Part shown: positions 1 to 9,806 of the stretch, piece by piece
Position numbering within the stretch: the stretch's first letter is position 1
Layout: the number at the start of each line of letters is the position of its first letter
Source of the DNA: an uncultured Lachnospiraceae bacterium
GTDB lineage: Bacteria > Bacillota > Clostridia > Lachnospirales > Lachnospiraceae
NCBI GenBank assembly: GCA_947626745.1
Contig: CANQTF010000008.1
Location: forward strand, 20,209 to 84,208
DNA: 64,000 nt
Direction: 5' to 3'
The notes under the pieces: generated by a model
What the model was told of the DNA's origin: nothing
What the model saw: only the letters and a program-made list of their open reading frames with translations
The model's database searches: none
Position numbers and translations under genes: made by a program

Positions 1-1480
<1,480 letters not shown>

Positions 1481-1517
1481 AACGCGTATCATTACAATCA
1501 TATAAGCGGAGGAAATT

Positions 1518-3011
1518 ATGGGAAAACCAACCGGATTTTTAGAATATGAGCGGAAGGTATCGAAGGCCGTGCCGCCCAAGCAGAGGATCAAAAATTTTAA
1601 CGAGTTCCACGAACATCTCACCATGGAGGAACAGCAGATGCAGGGCGCGCGCTGCATGGACTGCGGCGTACCCTTCTGCCAGTCCGGCATGACACTGTGC
1701 GGCATGACGTCCGGCTGCCCGCTACACAATCTCGTGCCGGAGTGGAACGATCTGGTCTATACGGGGAACTGGCAGCAGGCATACAACAGGCTGCACAAGA
1801 CGAACAACTTTCCCGAGTTCACGTCCAGAGTGTGCCCTGCGCTGTGCGAGGCCGCATGTACGTGCAATCTTACGGGAGATCCTGTCTCCACGAAGGAGAA
1901 TGAGTACGCTATCATCGAGAATGCGTATGCGAAAGGGTATGCGGCGCCCAAACCGCCCAAGGTGAGATCGGGCAAGACCGTCGCCGTCGTGGGCAGCGGC
2001 CCGAGCGGACTGGCGGTGGCCGACCAGCTCAACAGAAGGGGACATCTCGTGACCGTGTTCGAGCGGTCCGACAGAGTGGGCGGGCTGCTGATGTACGGCA
2101 TTCCGAATATGAAGCTGGAAAAACATATCATCGACCGCAAGATCAAAGTGATGGAAGCGGAAGGCGTGACCTTTGTGACGGGCGTAGACATCGGCAAGGA
2201 CAGGAAAGCCGACAAACTGCTGAAAGAGTTCGACAGAGTCGTCCTCGCCTGCGGTTCGTCCAACCCGCGGGACATAAGCGCTCCCGGAAGGGACGCGGAA
2301 GGGATCTACTTTGCGGTGGATTTTCTGACCAGAAATACCAAAAGTCTGTTGAACTCCGATTTTGCGGATAAGCAGTATGTGGATACCAACGGCAAGGATG
2401 TCGTCATCATCGGCGGCGGCGACACGGGCAACGACTGCGTTGGCACGGCGATCCGCCACGGGGCGAAATCGGTCACACAGATCGAGATGATGCCGAAGGC
2501 GCCGGATACGAGAGCGGAGAATAACCCGTGGCCCGAGTGGCCCAAGATCTGTAAGACGGATTACGGACAGGAGGAGGCTATCGCGGTGTACGGACACGAC
2601 CCGCGCATCTATGAGACGACGGTCAAAGAATTCCTGAAAGATAAGAGCGGCCGGCTGAAAGGCGTGAAGACCGTCAAACTGACATGGGAGAAGGACAAGG
2701 AGACCGGGCGGATGAACATGAAAGAGATCCCCGGCTCGGAGCAGGTGCTCGACGCACAGATCGTGCTGATCGCGGCGGGCTTCCTCGGCAGCCAGAAGTA
2801 CGTGACCGACGCATTCAAGGTGGAGCTGGACCAGCGCACCAACGTCAAGACTGCCGCCGGCAGTTTTAAGACCAGTGTGGAGAATGTGTTCGTGGCGGGC
2901 GATATGCACACAGGGCAGTCTCTTGTAGTCAAGGCCATACGGCAGGGCAGGGAGTGCGCGAGAGAAGTGGACGAAAGCCTGATGGGGTACACGAACCTCT
3001 ATATTCAATAA
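1518..3011 (+). CDS. gltD: Glutamate synthase small subunit (NAD(P)H)
   Basis: MGKPTGFLEY start, RCMDCGVPFC Fe-S motif, GSGPSG and GGGDTGNDC dinucleotide-binding motifs; GGAGG RBS. Confidence 0.97.
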   Translation: MGKPTGFLEYERKVSKAVPPKQRIKNFNEFHEHLTMEEQQMQGARCMDCGVPFCQSGMTLCGMTSGCPLHNLVPEWNDLVYTGNWQQAYNRLHKTNNFPEFTSRVCPALCEAACTCNLTGDPVSTKENEYAIIENAYAKGYAAPKPPKVRSGKTVAVVGSGPSGLAVADQLNRRGHLVTVFERSDRVGGLLMYGIPNMKLEKHIIDRKIKVMEAEGVTFVTGVDIGKDRKADKLLKEFDRVVLACGSSNPRDISAPGRDAEGIYFAVDFLTRNTKSLLNSDFADKQYVDTNGKDVVIIGGGDTGNDCVGTAIRHGAKSVTQIEMMPKAPDTRAENNPWPEWPKICKTDYGQEEAIAVYGHDPRIYETTVKEFLKDKSGRLKGVKTVKLTWEKDKETGRMNMKEIPGSEQVLDAQIVLIAAGFLGSQKYVTDAFKVELDQRTNVKTAAGSFKTSVENVFVAGDMHTGQSLVVKAIRQGRECAREVDESLMGYTNLYIQ

Positions 3012-3018
3012 AAGAGAT

Positions 3019-3066
3019 AGCCGCTCGGAAGTTCGGAAAACCGGATTTCCGGGCGGCTTGCTTTTG
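3019..3066 (+). terminator. Rho-independent terminator after gltD
   Basis: Stem AGCCGCTCGGAAGTTCGG / CCGGATTTCCGGGCGGCT with AAAA loop, followed by TGCTTTT. Confidence 0.75.
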
Positions 3067-3197
3067 CGGAAGTGTGGTCATTGACAACCGGCGTACGGTC
3101 TGTTATTCTAATAATCATCAGATATCATCATAAACGATTCAAGCGCGCGACGCATTTAAGACATCTTCTGTCGAAAAATTCACGGTACTGAAAAATA

Positions 3198-3226
3198 TTG
3201 CAACACCCTATTAAATAGGGTATAAT
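3198..3226 (+). promoter_or_regulatory. sigma-A promoter of higBA with embedded operator palindrome
   Basis: TTGCAA-N17-TATAAT; ACCCTAT-TAA-ATAGGGT inverted repeat (3205-3221) between the boxes, typical of antitoxin autorepression. A second promoter TTGACA-N17-TATTCT lies at 3081-3109. Confidence 0.7.
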
Positions 3227-3240
3227 TATGGAGAAAACAG

Positions 3241-3579
3241 ATGACAAGAACTTTTATTCAGACGCGGGAATTTGTTGCCAGTTGGGAAAAGATGGGACTG
3301 GGCGATAAAGATTTAAGGCATTTGGAACTGGAACTGTTAAAAAATCCAAAAGCGGGTAAGGTAATCAGAGGAACGGGCGGTTTGCGAAAACTGCGCTTTG
3401 CTTTTGAAAACAGAGGGAAAAGCGGCAGCGTCAGGGTTTGCTATGTGGATTTTGTACAGCAGGAAACGGTCTATCTGGTCACGGCATATCCGAAGAATGA
3501 AAAAGATGACCTCAGCCGTGAGGAATGCCGTGAGATCCGCAGAATGATTCAGATGTTGGAACGTCAGAATGGAGAATAG
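3241..3579 (+). CDS. RelE/HigB-family mRNA interferase toxin
   Basis: NPKAGKVIRGTGGLRKLR...RGKSGSVRVCY motifs of HigB2-like toxins; toxin-first order. Confidence 0.88.
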   Translation: MTRTFIQTREFVASWEKMGLGDKDLRHLELELLKNPKAGKVIRGTGGLRKLRFAFENRGKSGSVRVCYVDFVQQETVYLVTAYPKNEKDDLSREECREIRRMIQMLERQNGE

Positions 3580-3710
3580 TGTGAAAAATCACACTGATGT
3601 GCTGATTTTTCACACGAGAATTTGTGCCGGAGCGTCACAAATTCCCCTGATGCAGACGCGAATTTGAAATTCGCGTCGCCCCGTCGCGTAAACGCTCCGG
3701 AATGGAGAAT
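3578..3710. mobile_element. 133-bp structured insertion (MITE/REP-like) between toxin and antitoxin with 11-bp direct repeat
   Basis: GAATGGAGAAT at 3567-3577 and 3700-3710; internal inverted repeats at 3579-3591/3603-3615, 3618-3626/3636-3644, 3655-3665/3667-3677. Confidence 0.65.
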
Positions 3711-3713
3711 GAC

Positions 3714-4025
3714 ATGAAAAAAGTATATGAAAGTATTATGGCAGGACTGAAAGAGGCTGTGGAAGAACGGGAAAGACTTCCGCGCCATACGGTCTCTGTA
3801 GAGCCGGTCAAAAGATATAATGCGGAGGAAGTACGCGATATCAGAAGAAAAACAGGGTTTTCACAGAAAATGTTCGCAGGATATATGGGGGTCTCCACAA
3901 AAACCGTGGAAGCGTGGGAGGCAGGGATCAACAGGCCATCCGGAACGGCGAGCCGTATCCTTAATATGTTGGAGATAGACACGGAATTGATTCAAAAATT
4001 CCCCTTTGTGAGGGAAAGCAGATAG
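3714..4025 (+). CDS. HigA-type XRE helix-turn-helix antitoxin
   Basis: IRRKTGFSQKMFAGYMGVSTKTVEAWEAG..RPSG HTH; downstream of toxin; GGAG RBS before ATG 3714. Confidence 0.88.
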   Translation: MKKVYESIMAGLKEAVEERERLPRHTVSVEPVKRYNAEEVRDIRRKTGFSQKMFAGYMGVSTKTVEAWEAGINRPSGTASRILNMLEIDTELIQKFPFVRESR

Positions 4026-4058
4026 CAGCGTGATTGAAAATAGAGGGAGGATAAAGCA

Positions 4059-4433
4059 ATGGATCTGACACTGTATTTTAAGAGCATCATTGAGCAGGAC
4101 CGCTGTGCGGTCGTGATCTGCAACTTGGAGCATGAGATCATCTATATGAATCCGGCCGCTGTGGAGCGTTATGCGAAGCGCGGCGGCGCCGCTTTGGTGA
4201 GCCGGAGCCTTCTGGACTGCCACAGCGCGGAGTCCAACGAAAAGATCAGGCAGGTGACGGCATGGTTCGCGGAGAGCCACACGCATAACATCATGCATAC
4301 CTTTTACAATGAGCGGGAGAACAAGGATGTATACATGGTGGCGCTGCGCGATGCGGACGGAACGCTGATCGGCTATTACGAGAAGCATGAGTACCGAAAC
4401 CGCGATACGGAGGAATTTTATCGGTTCACATAG
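4059..4433 (+). CDS. Stand-alone PAS-domain protein
   Basis: AVVICNLEHEIIYMNPAA and ALRDADGTLIGYYE PAS-like strands, SLLDCH motif; GGAGG RBS. Confidence 0.7.
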   Translation: MDLTLYFKSIIEQDRCAVVICNLEHEIIYMNPAAVERYAKRGGAALVSRSLLDCHSAESNEKIRQVTAWFAESHTHNIMHTFYNERENKDVYMVALRDADGTLIGYYEKHEYRNRDTEEFYRFT

Positions 4434-4453
4434 AAAATATGCATACAAAAAAT

Positions 4454-4596
4454 ATACATACGGGCGGGTATTCTATACCACGCAGACGCGCTTTCGCTCC
4501 GCTTCGTCCATAACGGTACTAAGTTCGAAAAGACCTCGCTAAGTACCGATGGACTCCAAGGGTCTGCTTTGGTACAGAATACCCGCCCGTATCTAT
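4454..4596. repeat. ~140-bp nested palindromic element (MITE-like, may act as bidirectional terminator)
   Basis: Perfect 17-bp terminal inverted repeats ATACGGGCGGGTATTCT (4458-4474) / AGAATACCCGCCCGTAT (4576-4592) with nested stems GCAGAC/GTCTGC, GTCCAT/ATGGAC, CGGTACT/AGTACCG. Confidence 0.75.
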
Positions 4597-4598
4597 CT

Positions 4599-5609
4599 TT
4601 ACAATAATTGTATGCCGTGCTTCTGTGCCTCGGCGGCTACCTCCGGCGGCCAGATCGAGGACTGCACCTCGCCGATGTGAGCCTTGCGCAGATAGAACAT
4701 GCAGATGCGGGACTGGCCGATACCGCCGCCAATGGTGAAAGGCAGCTTTTCTTCCAGAACAGCCTTCTGGAAAGGCAGCGCGGCCCGCTCCGGGCAGCCG
4801 GCCTTCGCAAGCTGGCTCGTGAGGGAATCCTTATCCACGCGGATGCCCATAGAGGAAAGCTCCAAGGCGATATCCAACACCGGATAGTACACGATGATGT
4901 CGGCGTTCAGCGTCCAGTCATCGTAGTCCGGCGCGCGCCCGTCGTGCTTTTCACCGGATTCCAACAGATCGCCGATCTGCATGATGCATACGGCGCCTTT
5001 CGCCTTGGCGATATAGTATTCCCGCTCCTTCGGCGTGTTGTCGGGGAACATATTCTCCAACTCCTGCGTGGTGAGAAAGAAGATCTCCTCCGGCAGGATC
5101 TCCGTGATGTAGTCGTACTGGATCGCCATATATTTCTCGGTCTTGCGCAGCACGCGATAGATCGTGTACACCGTCTCTTTCAGGAAGTCCAGGCTGCGGT
5201 CTTTTCTGTCAATGATCTTTTCCCAGTCCCACTGATCCACATAGATCGAGTGGATATTGTCGGTCTGCTCGTCGCGGCGTATGGCGCTCATGTCCGTGTA
5301 CAGGCCCTCGCCCACGGAGAAACCGTATTTCTGCAGGGCGTAGCGCTTCCATTTTGCGAGGGAGTGTACCACCTCGGCGGGGGCGTCGTTCTGCTCCTTG
5401 ATGCCGAAGGACACCGGCCTTTCCACGCCGTTCAAGTTGTCGTTCAAGCCCGAGGAGGGCTCCACGAAGAGCGGCGCCGATACGCGCAGCAGATGAAGCT
5501 CTTTGGCAAGCTGCGTCTGGAAGAAATCTTTGACCGTCTTGATGCCGATCTGCGTGTCGTACAGATTTAACGCCGATCTGTAATCTTTGGGGATCTTTAA
5601 GTTATCCAT
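4599..5609 (-). CDS. asnA: Aspartate-ammonia ligase (asparagine synthetase A)
   Basis: GLNDNLNGVERPV, VHSLAKWKR, HSIYVDQWDWE, RAPDYDDW, TIGGGIGQSR motifs. Confidence 0.97.
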   Translation of the reverse strand: MDNLKIPKDYRSALNLYDTQIGIKTVKDFFQTQLAKELHLLRVSAPLFVEPSSGLNDNLNGVERPVSFGIKEQNDAPAEVVHSLAKWKRYALQKYGFSVGEGLYTDMSAIRRDEQTDNIHSIYVDQWDWEKIIDRKDRSLDFLKETVYTIYRVLRKTEKYMAIQYDYITEILPEEIFFLTTQELENMFPDNTPKEREYYIAKAKGAVCIMQIGDLLESGEKHDGRAPDYDDWTLNADIIVYYPVLDIALELSSMGIRVDKDSLTSQLAKAGCPERAALPFQKAVLEEKLPFTIGGGIGQSRICMFYLRKAHIGEVQSSIWPPEVAAEAQKHGIQLL

Positions 5610-5907
5610 AGGAAAACCTCGTTTCTGTCTTTATCAATACTATTTAACCGCGTTTGGGAAGAGAAATCAAGGCTTTTCTTTCTCTGTGCGATTCGGACGA
5701 GACAATCAGAAAATATATCGAAGACCAAGCAAAATATGATATTATGCAGGATAAGTTCAGGGTAAAGGAATTAGGAAGTCCTTTTTAAGGGGCGGGCGGA
5801 GTAGTACGAACGCTCTTTCAGGGGTATAAGCAATGTTTAAAAATAACATTGTAAGGCGGCGCCTTTTGCGGTATGATGTTAGTGGAGAGAATGGGAAAGG
5901 AAGGTGT

Positions 5908-6897
5908 ATGGCACTACAGAGCGTGGTCGCACAGACCATCGACGCCACAGGGCAGGAGGCGCAGTACGACGCCTGTGTGAAACGGCTCCTGTCCGAGAAG
6001 AGCATTCTCGCATGGATCTTAAAAGAGTGCGTGGCTGAGTTTGCACCGTATCCCGTGAAAAAGATCATGAAAGACTGTATCGTCGGCGAGCCGAAGATAT
6101 CCGTCATTGCCGTGGATCGGGACGAACCGGATCGTACAGAGAACGGCGGATATGCCGATGAAACGGCCGAGGGAAGGATCGAAGGCACAAATACGGAAGA
6201 CAATTCAGCAAGGGAAGGCAGGGTGTATTATGACATCCGCTTCACGGCTGTTGTGCCGGATACGAAAGAACCGGTACAGCTCATCATCAATGTGGAGGCA
6301 CAGAAAAGCGACAAAACCTCCTATCCGCTCATCAAGCGGGCGATCTACTACGGCAGCCGCATGATCTCGGCACAGAAGAATACGGTTTTTGTGAACAGCC
6401 ACTATGAGAAGATACGCAAGGTCTATTCTATCTGGATACAGATGAATGCAGGGAAAGAAAAAGCGAATACTATTACCGAATACAGCATTTCGGAAAAGAA
6501 TATCGTGGGCACGGTCAAAGAGAGGAAAAATAACTACGATCTGATGACCGTCATCATGATCGGACTCGGAAAAGCACAGGAGGCGGATAGACCGATCCTG
6601 CGGCTGTTGGACGTTTTGTTATCGGCTAAGACGAAGCCTGATGCGAAGAAAGCGATACTGGAGAGAGATTTCGATATTCCGATGACATCGGCGATGCGTG
6701 AGGAGGCGAACATTATGTGTAACTTGGGTGAAGGAATCAGAGAAGAAACAACGGCAGCCGTAAGATTACAAGCGGTTTTGAGCCTGATGAAATCGTTAAA
6801 CTTAAGCGCGGAGGAAGCAATCGATGCATTGGCGATACCTGAGGAGGAAAGGCAGCCTTTGCTGGAAAGGCTGGACGAAGAGCTTGCCGTGCGATAA
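5908..6897 (+). CDS. Rpn-family (PD-(D/E)XK nuclease / 'transposase_31/PDDEXK_2'-like) protein
   Basis: YDIRF...INVEAQK, YPLIKRAIYY, KVYSIWI motifs; variable helical C-terminus; start chosen by GGAAGG RBS. Confidence 0.8.
   Translation: MALQSVVAQTIDATGQEAQYDACVKRLLSEKSILAWILKECVAEFAPYPVKKIMKDCIVGEPKISVIAVDRDEPDRTENGGYADETAEGRIEGTNTEDNSAREGRVYYDIRFTAVVPDTKEPVQLIINVEAQKSDKTSYPLIKRAIYYGSRMISAQKNTVFVNSHYEKIRKVYSIWIQMNAGKEKANTITEYSISEKNIVGTVKERKNNYDLMTVIMIGLGKAQEADRPILRLLDVLLSAKTKPDAKKAILERDFDIPMTSAMREEANIMCNLGEGIREETTAAVRLQAVLSLMKSLNLSAEEAIDALAIPEEERQPLLERLDEELAVR
6715..6897 (+). CDS. Putative intragenic small antitoxin (RpnS-like, 60 aa) from an internal in-frame start
   Basis: GAGGAGG (6700-6706) 8 nt before in-frame ATG 6715, giving MCNLGEGIREE...ELAVR. 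Confidence 0.55.
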   Translation: MCNLGEGIREETTAAVRLQAVLSLMKSLNLSAEEAIDALAIPEEERQPLLERLDEELAVR

Positions 6898-6937
6898 CTG
6901 GCTTCCCTTGATTGTTATATGTAGAAAAAAAGACAAA

Positions 6938-6974
6938 GGCGGCGGGACTTTTTAGAAGTCTTTGCCGCTGTTTT
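6938..6974 (+). terminator. Terminator after rpn
   Basis: GGCGGCGGGACTT / AAGTCTTTGCCGCT stem followed by GTTTT. Confidence 0.6.
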
Positions 6975-7014
6975 ACTTTCAAAAAAAGCCGACAGCAGGA
7001 TTTTTTAAATTTTC

Positions 7015-7066
7015 TTGCCAAACCTGACAGAATGTGTTACACTAAAGTTAATCGAACATACGTTCT
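7015..7066 (+). promoter_or_regulatory. sigma-A promoter with Firmicutes LexA (SOS) box
   Basis: TTGCCA-N17-TACACT with extended TG; CGAACATACGTTCT (7053-7066) matches GAAC-N4-GTTC. Confidence 0.75.
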
Positions 7067-7185
7067 GACGTGGACAGCACAGAGGAACTTTCGGGCGTAG
7101 GTGCAGCGGACGGAGAAGGACGGCCGGACCGCAGAACCGCGCCGCAAGCGGAAACGGATAGACAGGAAAGGAGCGCCGGTGGCAG

Positions 7186-8505
7186 ATGGAGGCAAGGATC
7201 GCGCCGCAGATGCCGGTCATGGAGAAACTGAAGATTTTGGCGGCTGCCGCCAAATATGACGTGTCCTGCAGCTCCAGCGGGTCTTCGAGAAGAAACGACG
7301 GCACGGGCATCGGCAACACGCTGGCGGCGGGGATCTGTCACAGCTTTGCGGCGGACGGCAGATGTATTTCTCTGTTGAAGATCCTTTTTACGAATGAATG
7401 CATCTATGACTGCAGATACTGTATCAACAGATGTTCCAACGACGTGCCGCGGGCTTCCTTTACGCCGGACGAGGTCTGCAGTCTGACGATGGAGTTTTAC
7501 AGGCGCAATTATATAGAAGGATTGTTTTTGAGTTCGGGGATTCTGTACAGCCCCAGCTACACGATGGAGCTGATCTGCGAGACGCTTCACAAGCTGCGGA
7601 CGGTACATCGTTTTCAGGGGTATATCCATGTGAAGGCCATACCGGGCGCAGATCCGACCCTCATACAGCGGGCGGGCTATCTGGCCGACCGCATGAGCGT
7701 GAACCTGGAGATGGCGACGGCGGAGGGGCTTAAGGAGATGGCGCCGAACAAGCACCGCAAGAATATTTTGCAGCCGATGCGGCAGATCCAGAACGGCATC
7801 ACGGCAAATCAAAACGAGCTTGCCCTGTACCGCCACGCGCCGCATTTCTGCGAGGCGGGACAGTCCACCCAGATGGTGATCGGGGCGCTTCCGGAGAGCG
7901 ATTATCAGATTATGTCCGTGGCGGAAAATCTGTATGATAAATTTTCATTAAAAAGGGTATACTATTCCGCGTTCGTCAATGTGAACGGTGATAAAGCCCT
8001 TCCGGCAGCGGCGTCAGAACCGCCGCTTCTGCGGGAACACAGGCTGTATCAGGCGGACTGGCTGCTGCGGTTTTACGATTTCCGGGTGGAGGAGCTTTTG
8101 ACGCAGGACAGGCCGAACTTCAATCTGGCGATCGACCCGAAGACGGACTGGGCGGTACGGCATCTGGAGAATTTTCCCGTGGAGATCAACCGCGCGGACT
8201 ATCGCACGCTTCTCAGGGTCCCGGGCGTGGGCGTCAAAAGCGCGCGGCGCATCGTGGCGGCGAGACGGTTTGGCAGTCTGCGTTTTGAAGATCTGAAGAA
8301 AATGGGAGTCGTTTTAAAGCGCGCACTGTATTTCATCACCTGCAGCGGCAGGATGATGTATCCGACCAGACTGGAGGAGGATTATATCGTGCGGAACCTG
8401 ACCTATCAAAATCAAATGGGACGCGGTGAAAAACTGCCGTTTATGACGGACGGCACGGTTTACAGGCAGATGTCTTTGTGGGACGACGGACTGCTGTCGG
8501 GGTGA
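7186..8505 (+). CDS. Putative DNA modification/repair radical SAM protein (TIGR03916-like)
   Basis: AAKYDVSCSSSG, GICHSFAADGRCISLLKIL, CIYDCRYC radical SAM motif, REHRLYQADWLLRFY, C-terminal HhH LLRVPGVGVKSARRI. Confidence 0.92.
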   Translation: MEARIAPQMPVMEKLKILAAAAKYDVSCSSSGSSRRNDGTGIGNTLAAGICHSFAADGRCISLLKILFTNECIYDCRYCINRCSNDVPRASFTPDEVCSLTMEFYRRNYIEGLFLSSGILYSPSYTMELICETLHKLRTVHRFQGYIHVKAIPGADPTLIQRAGYLADRMSVNLEMATAEGLKEMAPNKHRKNILQPMRQIQNGITANQNELALYRHAPHFCEAGQSTQMVIGALPESDYQIMSVAENLYDKFSLKRVYYSAFVNVNGDKALPAAASEPPLLREHRLYQADWLLRFYDFRVEELLTQDRPNFNLAIDPKTDWAVRHLENFPVEINRADYRTLLRVPGVGVKSARRIVAARRFGSLRFEDLKKMGVVLKRALYFITCSGRMMYPTRLEEDYIVRNLTYQNQMGRGEKLPFMTDGTVYRQMSLWDDGLLSG

Positions 8506-8553
8506 GGCGGGAACAACGGCCGTAAGCGGAAGGCGAAAGAGGGCACGCTGTTC

Positions 8554-9351
8554 ATGATAATAAGAGATAGATTGGAAATATCCGGCATGGAAGAAAAATA
8601 CATGATCTGCGAAGATTCTCCGGAGGGCATTTTTACGGCGATCTATGACGCTTACGCTCTGCGGGAAGGACATGAACATATCCATATACAGGTCGGCGAG
8701 GAAGATGATCGCAGATTATTTGCGGTCTATCTGCATAGTTCGCCGGATTTGGGAAAGACTGAAAAAGTAGTACGGACGCTCAGACGGCGGCTCGGTGAAG
8801 AAGTGTATCTTACACTCTGCCAGGCGGCAGCCTCACGATACATGGATAAAGGCGAGGCAGTCTACCGGACAGTGGTGAGCGGCATCACGGAGGGAAACGG
8901 AAGAAGGACGATGGAGAATCTGCGTGATCCCTATGTCGCAAGATGCTTTGCACTGGCAAGACGCACGGCCAATGAAGTACATCATGAAATCGAATTTTTG
9001 AGATTTCGGGAATTGGAACAGGGAGCGCTCTATGCGAAGATAGGGCCGGAGAACAACGTGCTGCCGTTCGTGATGCCGCATTTTGCGGACAGGCTGTCGG
9101 TCGAGAACTTTATGATCCACGATGTGGGGCGCGGCCTGTTCGGCGTACACCGCGCAGGACAGACATGGTATCTCGTCTCGGATACGGAAGGCTTTCCCGA
9201 AGAGTCGCTCAGGTGGTCGCGGGAAGAAGAAAAATATCAGGAGCTGTTTTGCCTCTTTTGCCGGACGATCGGCATCGAAGAGCGCGAAAACAGAGCGCTG
9301 CAGAGGCAGATGTTTCCGCTGCGTTTTCGGGAATATACGGTGGAGTTTTGA
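8554..9351 (+). CDS. TIGR03915/DUF4130-family putative DNA repair partner protein
   Basis: EGIFTAIYDAY, FLRFREL, HFADRL...FMIHD, EEEKYQELF, ERENRALQRQ motifs; usual neighbour of the radical SAM gene. Confidence 0.85.
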   Translation: MIIRDRLEISGMEEKYMICEDSPEGIFTAIYDAYALREGHEHIHIQVGEEDDRRLFAVYLHSSPDLGKTEKVVRTLRRRLGEEVYLTLCQAAASRYMDKGEAVYRTVVSGITEGNGRRTMENLRDPYVARCFALARRTANEVHHEIEFLRFRELEQGALYAKIGPENNVLPFVMPHFADRLSVENFMIHDVGRGLFGVHRAGQTWYLVSDTEGFPEESLRWSREEEKYQELFCLFCRTIGIEERENRALQRQMFPLRFREYTVEF

Positions 9352-9493
9352 CGATCGCGCACAGTTACGAACGAAATAAAAAATGACTTTACAAATGGCA
9401 TGAAAAGAGTATAATCATGTCAACGAGGAGAAAGAAAACAATTTTTCTATGTGTGCCTTTTGCATGCATAAGTGGAAAAGGAAGGTGAATGTT

Positions 9494-9718
9494 ATGCAAC
9501 ACAAAATCAAATTGAGACCGGACGAAGTGAAGGACTTTGTTTTGGCTGCAACAAAATGCATCTTTGACGTGGACATCTCCTATAACAGTTTTGTGGTAGA
9601 TGCCAAATCGCTCATCGGTGTGCTGGGGCTGAACTTCAATCAGGTACTGACGGTATCCTGCAACGGGTACGATGCAGACTTTGACAAATACCTCCAGAAA
9701 TTTGCAGTGGCTTCGTAA
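9494..9718 (+). CDS. HPr-like phosphocarrier-fold protein lacking His15
   Basis: VVDAKSLIGVLGL (Ser46 motif); no GLHARP; 74 aa; GGAAGGTG RBS. Confidence 0.8.
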   Translation: MQHKIKLRPDEVKDFVLAATKCIFDVDISYNSFVVDAKSLIGVLGLNFNQVLTVSCNGYDADFDKYLQKFAVAS

Positions 9719-9744
9719 TAGATCCGGAAAGACGTGTAACATTG

Positions 9745-9787
9745 ACTCCCTATCTGAGATATCGTAATATCTTGGTAGGGAGTTTTT
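9745..9787 (+). terminator. Terminator after HPr-like gene
   Basis: ACTCCCTATCTGAGATAT / ATATCTTGGTAGGGAGT stem followed by T-run. Confidence 0.65.
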
Positions 9788-9806
9788 GATTTGAGGGCAG
9801 CAGACT

